From Octopus vulgaris (lineage: Eukaryota): 64,000 nt of DNA. The notes under the pieces are model-generated. The model did not search any database. It saw only the letters and a program-made list of their open reading frames with translations, and was not told where the DNA came from. The position numbers were made by a program, and so were the translations under genes. The number at the start of each line of letters is the position of its first letter. Position 1 is the first letter of the stretch. Shown piece by piece: positions 38,751 through 50,655 of this stretch. The stretch is taken from NCBI GenBank assembly GCA_951406725.2, contig OX597822.1, positions 4,712,001 to 4,776,000 on the forward strand. Direction: 5' to 3'.

Positions 38751-39462
38751 GATAGATAGATAGATATGTACAGTTGAAATTTACAGCAAAACAATATGTA
38801 CTTCCTTGATGTTGATATTGTATGTTTTCAGATCAGCTCTGATCTCACAGACCCTTTGATCAAATTTATTCCAACAATAACTAACCTTTCTTTTTATTAA
38901 GATATAGGGTATTTAGAATTACATTATTCAACATATCCTTTCTCGTTTTGTTGAAAATAGTAGCAATGTGATCTGAAGAATAGTTAGCTGCTATTTCTAA
39001 CAGACTGAATGAGCATGTAGATGGCTACCATGTTGGATTGAATAACAAAGTGTATAAATTTGATACTAGCAATGAATATGTGGAATCTATTATTAACCTA
39101 AGGTCAATATCCAACCTTCCCACTACAAGTCTTCTGCAGCTGAAATGGACTTGACATTGTTCTAATCTAAATTGCAGACAACATTTGGGCTCTTTTTACT
39201 GCTATTTACTACTTGCAAATGTTTTGTCAAAGTGATATTCTATCACTTTATGGATATGACAAAATCAGGTGAGAATATCTGAATAAAATTGACATCTATT
39301 GGTGGAAGCATCAGTATCTAAAATCTTTCAACCTGAAACTAACATCTGGAAACAATCTAATTGAAAGGACAGACAGAATCAACTCTTTGCTCATGACAAT
39401 TGCAAATGGCTTTATGGTTATTGCCATAACATTTCAAATTTGTTATTAATATTAAAATACCT

Positions 39463-39652
39463 AAGGCGGTAATCTGGCAGAACCATTAGCATGCTGGGCA
39501 AAATGCTGAGTTCAAATTCCACCAGGGTTAACTTTGCCTTTCATCCTTTTGAGGTTGATAAAATAAATACTGGTTGAGTGGTGGAGTTGATGTAAAAGAT
39601 TTATCTCCTCCCTGAAACTACTAGCCTTGTTCCAAAATTTGGAACTAGTATT
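39463..39652 (+). mobile_element. SINE family C, diverged
   Basis: AAGGCGGTAATCTGGCAGAA..GAGTTCAAATTCC..ACTTTGCCTTTCATCCTTTTGAGG. Confidence 0.75.
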
Positions 39653-40060
39653 AAGGTACCTAAAATCATGTCTCTAACTCACTTAATTGAATGAATGGTT
39701 GTCCTCTGAACCATAATAGTCAGTAATCAGATGAAAAAGAAAACAAAAACATATGTTTATAATTGGAACATCTTGTTCAATGGCGATGAGCTTGATCTTG
39801 AAATTATCAAAAGAAATATCTTATTCTGATATAGAAATGTTAGAATATCGGAATGAAAGTGATTTGAATACATGCATAGCTATGTGGTTAAGACGTTTGC
39901 TTCACAACTATATAGATTCAGGTATGATTCCAATGTCTTTTCAATTAAATATATATTACATACAGGCTGTGCAGAAAGCCCATCATGCTCTCTCTCTCTC
40001 TCTCTCCCTTTCTCTCCCTCTCTCTCTCTCTCTCTCTCTATGTATATATACATACACATA

Positions 40061-41050
40061 CAGGATGTCCCAAAAGTCGCTGATGGGTTTCAATTTTAAT
40101 AACTTCCATAACTTTACAAATAAATGCATGAAATTTTGATTCAATATATAAAGAACATAATGGAAATTAATATACACAAGTCAAATTTTACAACACCATT
40201 ACATCACATGTGAAAAATGGCCGCCATTTTCGACTTTGCACACCTGTGCTCTTTCCAAAACTTGCACCATAACACCCTCAAAAGTTTTAGACCCCTCCCC
40301 TTCTCTGATTTCTCTATTCAGTTGCACCAAGGTCTCCAGTTTGTTGATGTAAATCCTCTCTTTCAGATATCCCCACAAGAAAAAATCTGGGCTAGTCAAG
40401 TCTGGGGAACGTGAAAGCCATTCAAAGTAGACCCCACACATGGTTCCAACAAGATGGGGCAACTGCTCACACCACAAAAGAAACAATACAGTTGCTACAG
40501 CTGTAGAGAAGAATCACCAGCTCTGGCAATGTCAACTGGCCTTCACGTTCCCCAGATTTGACCAGCCAGGATTTTTTTTTGTGGGATACCTGAAAGTGAG
40601 GGTTTATGTCAATAAACTGGGGACCCTGGTGCAAATGAAAGAGAACATCAATAAAAAAAATCAGAGAAGTGGGGTCTGAAATTCTTGAGGGTGTTATGGT
40701 GCAATTTTTGGAAAGAGTACGGGCATGCAAAGTCAAAAATGGCTGCCATTTAAGTGATGTCATTTTTCATATGTGATGTAGAGGTGCTGCAAAATTTGAC
40801 TTGTGCATATCAATTTCCATTACGTCCTTTATATTGTATCAAAATTTCATGCATTTATTTGTAACTCAATTAAGTGAGTTAGAAACATGATTTTAGGTAC
40901 CTTAATACTAGTTCCAAATTTTGGAACAAGGCTAGTAATTTCAGGGATGAGATAAATCTCTTACATCAACCCCACCACTCAACCAGTATTTATTATTTGT
41001 AAAGGCAGTTATTAAAATTGAAACCCATCATTGACTTTTGGGACATCCTG
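40061..41050. mobile_element. Palindromic Tc1/mariner-superfamily element made of two inverted transposase 3' ends
   Basis: TA|CAGGATGTCCCAAAAGTC...GACTTTTGGGACATCCTG|TA. Left arm (-) WLSRSPDLTSPDFFLWGYLK..NGGHF; right arm (+) WPSRSPDLTSQDFF..GYLKVRVY..NGCHL. Confidence 0.9.
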
Positions 41051-41457
41051 TATGTGTTGGTATAAGCATCTTTTTATGTATGAGGGGATATTTAAGCATA
41101 TGTTGGTGATGGATGTAATCATTGGCAAGAAATGGTGCTGTTTAAAGGAAGCCCACTCAGTTATAGTCACTTCAATGGTGCTTGCAGGAATTCAGGGAAC
41201 CAATGGCACTTCATTTTTCATTACTTCAAGGTATTCAGCCGAAAATGAGCACCAACTTTGTGCTGGTGCAGTTTTCTCCCCAACTACTCCCAGCTGTCAC
41301 ATCCTGAATATTCTGCAGGGTCCAGGAGAGGAAGACAAAGAATGTGTCAATGTCTGCTTACAATTATATAGGCACTTAAAACAACTAATGAAAGAATGGT
41401 ATGTTACCAAGCCACTCAGATGTGAATGATGGCTATACTTTTACACACACACACACA

Positions 41458-42030
41458 CAGTGTGGCAAAAAGACTGAATACAAAGATGAAATTTAGTATT
41501 TTACTACATAGGCTTTGATATAAATATCAAAGCTAATTATCAACTAGATATAATTTTACCTTACATTTGACATTTCTAATATTGCTAGCTCCATCAATAT
41601 TTCATTGCCATCTTATGGCCTTATGTTGTAATAGACTCATGCTTAGGAATATATTAAATCAGCTAAATGTATCTGTTGGTGGTATCCAGAAAGCTTTGTC
41701 TTGATTTCAGCAGACAGGTGAATACAGCTACAAATCAGGGGTCCTGGTATGAAGCAGACCTCATACCACAAGTGATGATATTATTCAGTATCTTTGTGTT
41801 GTAGCTAACAGTGACACTGATAGTAAATGCTGCACTAAGACAACGAGATGTTGATTGCATAAGGACTTCAGTCTATCTGCAAGATATCCAGTGTAAAAAA
41901 AAAGAAAGAAAAATGAAAAAAAAGCTTTACTGTAAAACATTCAGGGTTGTCTGTAATTTTGCGGAGGTCATCAAAATTCTACGAAGGACTGATTTAAATT
42001 TATGTTTAAAGGGGAAACATCCAAAAGAGC
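41458..42030 (+). mobile_element. Decayed Tc1-like transposon (left TIR and N-terminal HTH remnant)
   Basis: CAGTGTGGCAAAAAGACTGAATAC TIR-like start; QLNVSVGGIQKALS*FQQTG..RPHTT. Confidence 0.45.
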
Positions 42031-42149
42031 AACTTGTATACGATACAGCTTCTGTTCTTCATCAAAGTATAACATTTGCAAGACTAGTCAACAGTTCATA
42101 GAATTTAGTAAATATTATAAAACAAACTCTTTCTTATTTCTCCCATTCA

Positions 42150-43020
42150 AGAATGATACTCTCTGCAACCTTGCAGAATCTCCACATACATACAAAGCAC
42201 ATTTTAAAGCAACACCTGTCCCTACATCAAAATCTCTAGAACTATTACAAGCCCTAAGTTACAGTATTGCATCATAAAAGATATTCTGTTGCCATTTTAC
42301 CAACATTACGTACAGCATAACTTGCAGACTCTGCAGTTCCTTATACATTGGTGAAACAGACTATTGCTTTCCTGAAATTATTCATCGTATATTACTATAA
42401 TCGGTGGATGCACGCAGTTGTCGAGTGGTACCCGCGTGAGCGGAAAAGACCACCTGGTGGAGTGACGATTTCAAGAGGACGATTGGGATCACGTGGATGA
42501 GAAAGGCGCGATCCAGAGAGGAGTGGACAGTGTGCTGTGACCAGCGGTGTCAAATGGACGCCTGACGGACTCGTCGGTCAAAGTGATCAAAGTGATATTA
42601 CTATGTATGTCAGATCAAGAAGTCACCTCCCACCCTAGCATAACAGACCACCCCATTACTCATTGATCAGTGTCTTTGCACACCATCAATCTGTCCACTG
42701 ATGGAAGCATAAAGATCAACATGACATATTCAAACTCAGAATTATGTCACTGATGTTTTAAATGAATGTCAACTGTTTCCTGCCTCTCCTCTTGCTCCAA
42801 TTTTCTATTTCAACCTCGCTCAGCTTTTCTCCCTCTTTTTCTCCCATTTCTCTTCTTTTTTACTCACATTACTCCTTGCCTATGCATGCAATGGCACATT
42901 TTGTGTTTCCTATTTGTTCACTTTTATAAATTGTAGAACTTCTCTGACTTCCAAAGTTTCATTTTATCTTAACATTAAAAAGAGACATTGTCTGAAGCGT
43001 ACACTGGAAATTCCAAACCC
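42150..43020 (+). mobile_element. Penelope-like element 3' fragment (GIY-YIG remnant)
   Basis: TNITYSITCRLCSSLYIGETD near 42299-42361; IFKL..LNE-like C-terminus near 42725-42770; pyrimidine-rich 3' region. Confidence 0.6.
42399..42594 (+). mobile_element. Young 5'-truncated RTE-like LINE 3' end with 10-bp TSD
   Basis: NRWMHAVVEWYPRERKRPP/WSDDFKR..WMRKARSREEW..*; tail (CAAAGTGAT)2; TSD ATATTACTAT at 42389-42398 and 42595-42604. Confidence 0.85.
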
Positions 43021-43054
43021 CAATGGTATATATATATATATATATATATATATT

Positions 43055-43173
43055 GGCCTGCTCGCTTAGCCAGCGGGGTGGCGTCATTTGAGGGCTAAAG
43101 CAATGCGGAGCGTATTGTGACCAGCGATGTGTAGCAACATCTGATAGTCTGGTCGATCACGTGATCACGTGAT
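43055..43173 (+). mobile_element. Retroposon 3' end with (CACGTGAT)2 tail
   Basis: Shares TGTGACCAGCG.TGT and CTGA..GTCG.TCA..GTGATCA..GTGAT with the end of 42399-42594; inserted in (TA)n. Confidence 0.6.
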
Positions 43174-43699
43174 ATATATATATGTGTGTGTGTGTGGAAA
43201 GAGAGAGAGAGAGGAGAGAGAGACATATTATATATTTGTGGATTAACAATGCTACCGATGGTTTCATGCAGAAAATTCTGCAAATTTCAAGGTAATTCAT
43301 GTAGGGACATTTCTTAACTGTTAATTCCCTTGCAATGGCCTTGTCTTTTGTTGGTGAAATGTTCATAGATTTTGCATTCAACACAGTTTAACTGCACTGC
43401 ATTAATACATTCGCATGCTCACTTGTAGCCTTAAATAAATGTATACAACATATCTCATATGTCTGCACTTACGTTTATACTGATCAATTTATGTGGTTTA
43501 CAAAAGTTTTAAACACTTTTAAGTAAATGAAATTGCAAGTCTACGAAAATATATTTTGCAAATCATGCGATGTCATGGTGTGTGCCATTTATATGAGCAG
43601 AGATGGAATTCAAGCAAGAGTCCTTAAGATTGAACAGAGAATGTAGAAGTATAATTTATACAATATTAACATTATATCTTACATTTATCCTGGCTGGAT

Positions 43700-44250
43700 T
43701 GCTGGTGAGGTCACTGAGGGGCCATGCTTGAAATTACACAATTTAAACTGTTGTTTGTGTAAGCAAGAAAAGAAAGCTTTTCCCTAATGTTCAAAATGTC
43801 CATTGTTGAAGTCATGTTTAATTTCTCAGTAATACAGAGACTGCATCTGCAGCTTCGTCCCTTACATTTACTGGCTTTAGCTATGAAGCTCCAGATTATT
43901 TGGGAGTTGTCCACATTCCTATTTTTAAGGCTCCATACCATATTAGACAAAAATGTTGCATGTCTTTTATTCTTGTCTCTAAATAAAGCCAAGTGTAGCA
44001 TGTTTCTTTCCTTCAAGGTTTTGCAGTCATCCTGATGTGAGTTCTTGTGGTCCCATCTATGTCAGTGATACTAGCTTTGTAAAGTAGTTTGTTTTCCAAG
44101 AAGAGATTGTTCAGAAGACAGTTATCAGTGGATCTACAGTTACAAGATCTATATGGAGTGTTCCTAATGCTGTTGTTTTTATTGTGGTGGCAGATCATTG
44201 AACCCATTTTAGAGGGGCAACTATAGCTAACTTAAATAGTGTTTGACAAT
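43700..44250 (-). mobile_element. Penelope-like element endonuclease region, pseudogenised
   Basis: SYSC..HNK..CNCR..NCLL..LYKASI..HIRMT; HAT.LSN.VWSLK..IIWS..A..CSLCITEK..LNIRE. Confidence 0.85.
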
Positions 44251-44681
44251 TCTAGACTTCAGAATATGTTTGAGACTTTCAGTAACCTGACACCCACTCA
44301 CAGTACTTTGACAGATTGAATAATCTTTAGTTTCAATTTAACTATAATTATCAATAACATGTGTATGTGTGGAGAAGTAGTGGAGTTTGATATTGAGATC
44401 GAATTCCACTCAGAATACTGAACCTCATGAAGGAGCCAATGAGGGGCCACAAAGATCACAAGATACTGTGGTGGAGTCCAACACAGTGCAGCATAGAATA
44501 ATAGATAAATATGACAAGGAAAATGATGTTGCAGTTCCCATAAAGTGAACAATGACACTTGTAAAAGTCTGAACAGTTTCTGAGCAACAATAAATAATTA
44601 CACTCTACTCCAGTATCTATTACTTTTTCTTTTTGCCTTTTTGTTAGTCAACTCAAACACAAACACACACATGTATGTGTA

Positions 44682-44756
<75 letters not shown>

Positions 44757-45354
44757 TTATATATATACAAAAACAAATATAGATATAAAATATTAAATGA
44801 AATTTATTGCCGGCCAAGGTAGGATTGAGCAGAGAAAATGTTTATATTTGAAGCAAATCAAAAGATTCAGACACAAAGAATACACATGAGATTGAATAAA
44901 TTACACTGAGGCATGAATGTCATGATGAAGGTTCCAGTCCAACCGGATTATCACTGTTTTATTCTCTAGCATGTGCATACTTTGTATCTCTACATTTTGT
45001 TTTTGTTTGAAATGAAAAACATACATACATATAAACACACAAACACACACATACATAACACTTGCATACACACACACACACATATATATATATATACATA
45101 GTTTCCTTGCAACATAATAAAATCAAATGGGAAATAGGTTTTAAATTATATAGAATATCGAATGCTATAATAAAGATATAAGATACATACACACAAATAT
45201 GATACGCGCATGTGTGTATAAACCAATATTGATACTACATACAAATATACATCCACCACACACAAATACTAAAAATGAGATTATTTCACCAATACTAAAA
45301 TATCAGGAAGCAAAAGTGACCACAAACATTAAATAAAAATATGCTCGCTTGAAG

Positions 45355-45397
<43 letters not shown>

Positions 45398-46319
45398 CAC
45401 GCACATATATGTAAATGTAGAGTCATTTACACATAGGTTTAAACAGGAATATTAATATAATCGCAGCAATGCTTACAATACTTGGACATACCATATGAGC
45501 CAAACGGGGCTCATATCATGTATCTATGGTGGTAACCTAACCTGCTGGGAATAACAACCAAATCTTCATAAAAGCAGCCCACCATCTTAAAAGTAGACGT
45601 ATTGAACAGTGTAGTTCTAGTTATATAAGGGGAGAACAAAAAGAAATGAAAATTACAAAAAACAAGTTGGTTATGAATGGGATACCTTTTATCATAAGTC
45701 TGCTATATCAGTGCTGACACAGAGTTAGCAACAACAGACATAACACACCATCTTCATTCATTCACACACACAAACACACACACTCACCCATATACCAAGC
45801 GAGGTCATGAGTTGTATAATGCCCATATATATACACTGGTTATCCAGAGATATGTATACATATATACAAACATATACAGACACATACAAACAACACCTTC
45901 ATATGTGTGTGTGAGTGTGTGTGTGTGTATACTCAAATATTTTTGATACACTTAAACACATACATACGCACACACACACACACATGTGCATATGTGCAAA
46001 GATATATGCATCAGAAGATTACTCCTACATACATATACACACACACAATCAAATATTTCTAATATACAGACACATAGAGAGGAACATTCAGAAAACATGG
46101 CTCAATATGACCTGAATATAACTTACTCTATAATTTATTGCCTGCAATTCAGTTGGAATACATTACACAGTAGAAATGAGATGTCCCTCTGGTCAATTAT
46201 TTTTCATTTGACATCTTACCCTTTCCTTTGAATTGCTTGTCATTTTACTTTCATTATTCATAAACAGATTCAACTTGCTGCCATATTTCTATGATGTAAA
46301 AAATATTAGTGTGTTTGTT

Positions 46320-46536
46320 TGTGAGTGTGTATATGTATATATAAACACATACATAGGCACACATACATAGGCACACATACATAGGCACACATACATATAG
46401 TTATACATTCATTTATGTACACATACATTTATGTGTGTTAGTGTGTGTATGCATATATATAAACACATACATAGACAGACACACACATATAGGTATACAT
46501 TCATTTATGTACACATACATTTAAGTATGTGAGTGC

Positions 46537-46582
<46 letters not shown>

Positions 46583-46660
46583 ACAAACATACACATATAC
46601 ATATAGGTATACATTTATTTATGTACAGATACATTTGTGTGTGAGTGTGTATGTGTATAA
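46320..46660. repeat. Degenerate tandem repeat, about 3 units of 90-125 bp built from microsatellites
   Basis: Anchor CATATAG.TATACATT.ATTTATGTACA.ATACATTT recurs near 46394, 46486 and 46600. Confidence 0.8.
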
Positions 46661-47501
46661 GGTATCTCTAGTCTAGTGAAAGAAGAATATATGAATAACA
46701 AATTTGAATGAAAAATGTATATTGTCAAACATTTCAAATAACTTTGTATATATATATATACACATTCAATGTATGTGTACATGAATTGTACACATATATG
46801 CATTTATGCATAGTACACACAGCAGTATTTTCAAACAAAAGTGTACTCAAATACAAATTTTTTTCCGACACCCACACACATATATATTGTGTGTATATAA
46901 TATCATCATCATCATCATCTTTTATGTTCACTTTCTATGCTGGCAATGGTAGAATGAGCTGTCATGGTCCAAGTCACTTCTTATTGAAAATCACTGCTCT
47001 CATAGATGGGGTTTTGCATGTGTCATTTTGCGTTGTTTCTATGACTGCAAGCTCTTCCAGCCGCTAATCACTTTACAGATCATATTGAGTGCATTTTTCA
47101 TAGCACAAGCATTACAGAAGTTGAACACTCCTCAGCAAAACCTAATTAAAATGACCTTCTAGCCCTGTGCACTCTCTGCTCATTTGCCAATCACTTTACA
47201 GCATGTACTGGGTACATTTTCCATGACACCAGCACTAGAGAGGTTGTCTCACTCACCACTCAGTGTAGCAAAGAGTGGGGTAGAAGAAGGCTTTTCACCG
47301 AGGCACAAGAATAAGAGTGGGGTACCTCGTACATAATAGATGCAGAGAGTACTGAGTAAACTAATATACGATGGCCCAAGGAAGGGGATTACGAAAGACA
47401 GTAATGACGGCAGAAAAGTCAGATATGTATGGATAAGAGTTGAGTTGAAGTGTATATGCACATTTGCTCAAGTGGAGGAGGATGAGGAGGAGGAGGAGGA
47501 G

Positions 47502-47537
<36 letters not shown>

Positions 47538-48142
47538 GATATCAGGACCAGAATGGGTAGGTGCAAACAGCCAAGTGTGGTGGAAAAGGCATGGTTAATT
47601 GGAATGGTGTTAGGAGGGGAGTAATTGGCAATAACACCCAACTAGGATTCCACTGCATCTTAATGTGGAAACAGCTGTAAGCTAATGAAGTTCATAAGAT
47701 AATCCATTATTCCTTTGTCGTCTCTCTTTCTTATTACTGTTTTGTACCTGACTAACACTTCGTTCAGAAGCATACATATGTTGGGTTCTACACCAGGTTA
47801 TTTGTATTGCAATGCCTAAGGGAAATTTATATACGAGGCAGTTCCTAGCTTTGGGTGAAAGACAATACAGGAGGATCAGTTATGATCTTACTCAACACAT
47901 TGCCCTCTCAGATTCACATACTTATTGCAGTTGCCCTTTAGTTTTTTCTAAGCCCTGTAAAAAAACTCAGAAGGTTGGGCCTACAAACAGGCCTTTCGTG
48001 ATACCTTTAAAGCCATGAACTTTTCAGCACCCCCTCATGTGTGTGTGTGTGTATGAAATATGTACACACAATTAATAAACACAAACACATACATATAACA
48101 GAATGTTATCGGGATATGACATCTACAACCAATCTGATTACT

Positions 48143-48516
48143 CGTGATAATTAGCTTGCTAAAGAACCACATGGTTCTGGGTTCAGTCCCACTGCGTGGC
48201 ATCTTGAGCAAGTGTCTTCTGCTATAGCCCCGGGCCGACCAATGCCTTGTGAATGGATTTGGTAGATGGAAACTGAAAGAAGCCTGTTGTATATATGTAT
48301 ATATATATGTATGTGTGTGTGTTTGTCCCCCTAGCATTGCTTGACAACCGATGCTGGTGTGTTTACGTCCTCGTCACTTAGCAGTTCGGCAAAAGAGACA
48401 GATAGAATAAGTACTGGGCTTACAAAGAATAAGTCCTGGGGTCGATTTGCTCGACTAAAGGCAGTGCTCCAGCATGGCTGCAGTCAAATGACTGAAACAA
48501 GTAAAAGAGAGAGAGT
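48143..48516 (+). mobile_element. SINE family A, 5' end damaged
   Basis: Collinear with 10568-11035. Confidence 0.88.
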
Positions 48517-49439
48517 ATTTATATAAAACAGAGCATAGTTCACAATGCCTGAAACATGTACAACAAAACCTTTTGACATGTCATACTATATACTACAATG
48601 TAATTGTTTTAGCTTCAACATTTGTACTAGTACTATTGGGGGTGGAGAAAGAGAGAGAGTACTATTCGGAAATAATTGCTTTGAAAGCATTTGTAACTAA
48701 GAATTTGAATGGAAAAAAGAGATGTTGTGATATACATGCCTTTTCAAATACATTTACGATATCATGTACAGGAATCAATACCTAATTGGAAGATGTAGTT
48801 TATCAAAAGCTTTTGATGCCCACCAAATTTTTCAGCATCAAGTGTCTCCATCATTCTAATCATACTAAGAACAATAACAAGAAACAGCATGAAAAGCAGT
48901 TAGAAGAAGAATTCCTGGGAAAGACAGACAATTGACATGTGAGAAGATTGTGGTAAGCAGGTAGAAAAGGAAAAGAAAAAGGACTTGAATCGTTGAATAA
49001 AGTTTATTCTCCTCTTCTTCTAATAACCTAAAAAGGAAGGAATCAATTGTGGCAGATACTGAGCAAATACTTGCATCAAACTAAAATCCCATCTTTAAGC
49101 AATATTGTAACTGTTAGATATTTGGTATTCTGACATCTACCTTTAGCAGAGAAGACAACAGTTTCTTCTCTTACAAGACAGCCATTATAGGAAGATAAAT
49201 AACAAGCAGCAGCCACAAAGGGAAAATATACAATAAATAAAGAGCCAACAACAGGGATTATGAGGAATGGTTTAGATCTGACATGATGCCTAGAAGATCA
49301 GGTTAAGTATTTGCTGCTAACCTTTGTAGAAAACATAAATAAATATATCAAACCATCAAATATAAAATCGATAAATAATATATTTGGATGTATATGTAGA
49401 TGTGACTAGAGTAGCAGATGCCTGTGAGAGTATCTATTA

Positions 49440-49487
<48 letters not shown>

Positions 49488-49916
49488 TGTGTAACCGTTC
49501 ATATATACAAAGTGTGTTTTATGTGTTTCTGAGGTAGTCAATGTTTTTATGTACCTATATACTAAACTATGTATATGTGCATATATTCATGTATATGTGT
49601 GTATATATATGCACACATATATCTACATATATATTATTAACTGAGGATACTACAGGTGTTACTCAAGGCCTAGAATTTAATGGCAAAAAGAAAACTCAAA
49701 TGTTTCAACACAGAACTCTAGACTCATGAGTAACTCATGCAGTATTCTCAGCTTACATAAAATTTACATATATAATCTACTTTACAATCAAGTTCTCTGT
49801 CTCCTGTTTTTATCTCAAATGTATTTAACTATATCACATACACAGACTAAGAGGTATGAACTGTTTAGCATTAGGACATATAGAACTCAGTATCACAAAG
49901 TGTAAATAATGAAGTG

Positions 49917-49955
<39 letters not shown>

Positions 49956-50480
49956 TCACTTGAGAGATATACAGAAAGAGAAGTAGAATGAGTAAGTGAG
50001 AGAGATATATGAAGGTGCAAGTTTATCTTAATGTCTCAATGATTAAACAAAAGCTGTTAGATAAAACTAGCAGATCTACCCACCTGAGAAAAGAAGGAAT
50101 TGCTCTAAAGTAATAACCACATTGTGATAAATTCTGAACAAACCAAATTCCTCACTTTTCAAGCACGCAATAAGGACTTATCTTATTGCTGTTTGTACAT
50201 TGTTGAAATACATAAACACACACACAGATCAGCTCCAACCCATGACAGCATGGAAAGTGAAAGTAAAACAACACATAGAAACAAAACAAATGTATATAAA
50301 CAAATAAACACATCTTATACAAGCACATTGCCATCTACTAATAAATACGAAGTCGAATAAATGCATCAACATTCAAATAACGCATACAAACATATATATG
50401 TTCTCAGATTAATACATGAATATATATAGTAACACATTCAAATATATATATATAAAACCATGAATTTCAATTCCTTCATC

Positions 50481-50531
<51 letters not shown>

Positions 50532-50546
50532 CTACACATGAAGTCT

Positions 50547-50655
50547 CCCCCAGTTCTGAAAAAAATCGATTAATTCGACATGGGGTCGAGAATCAGAAAC
50601 ACAAACCGCAAACTGTCTAGGGGACGCAACTAGCAACGCCGGGCGATACTGCTAG
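50547..50655 (+). mobile_element. Helitron 3'-terminal fragment
   Basis: Ends AGCAACGCCGGGCGATACTGCTAG|T, matching the 58290-58672 terminus apart from one base. Confidence 0.75.
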
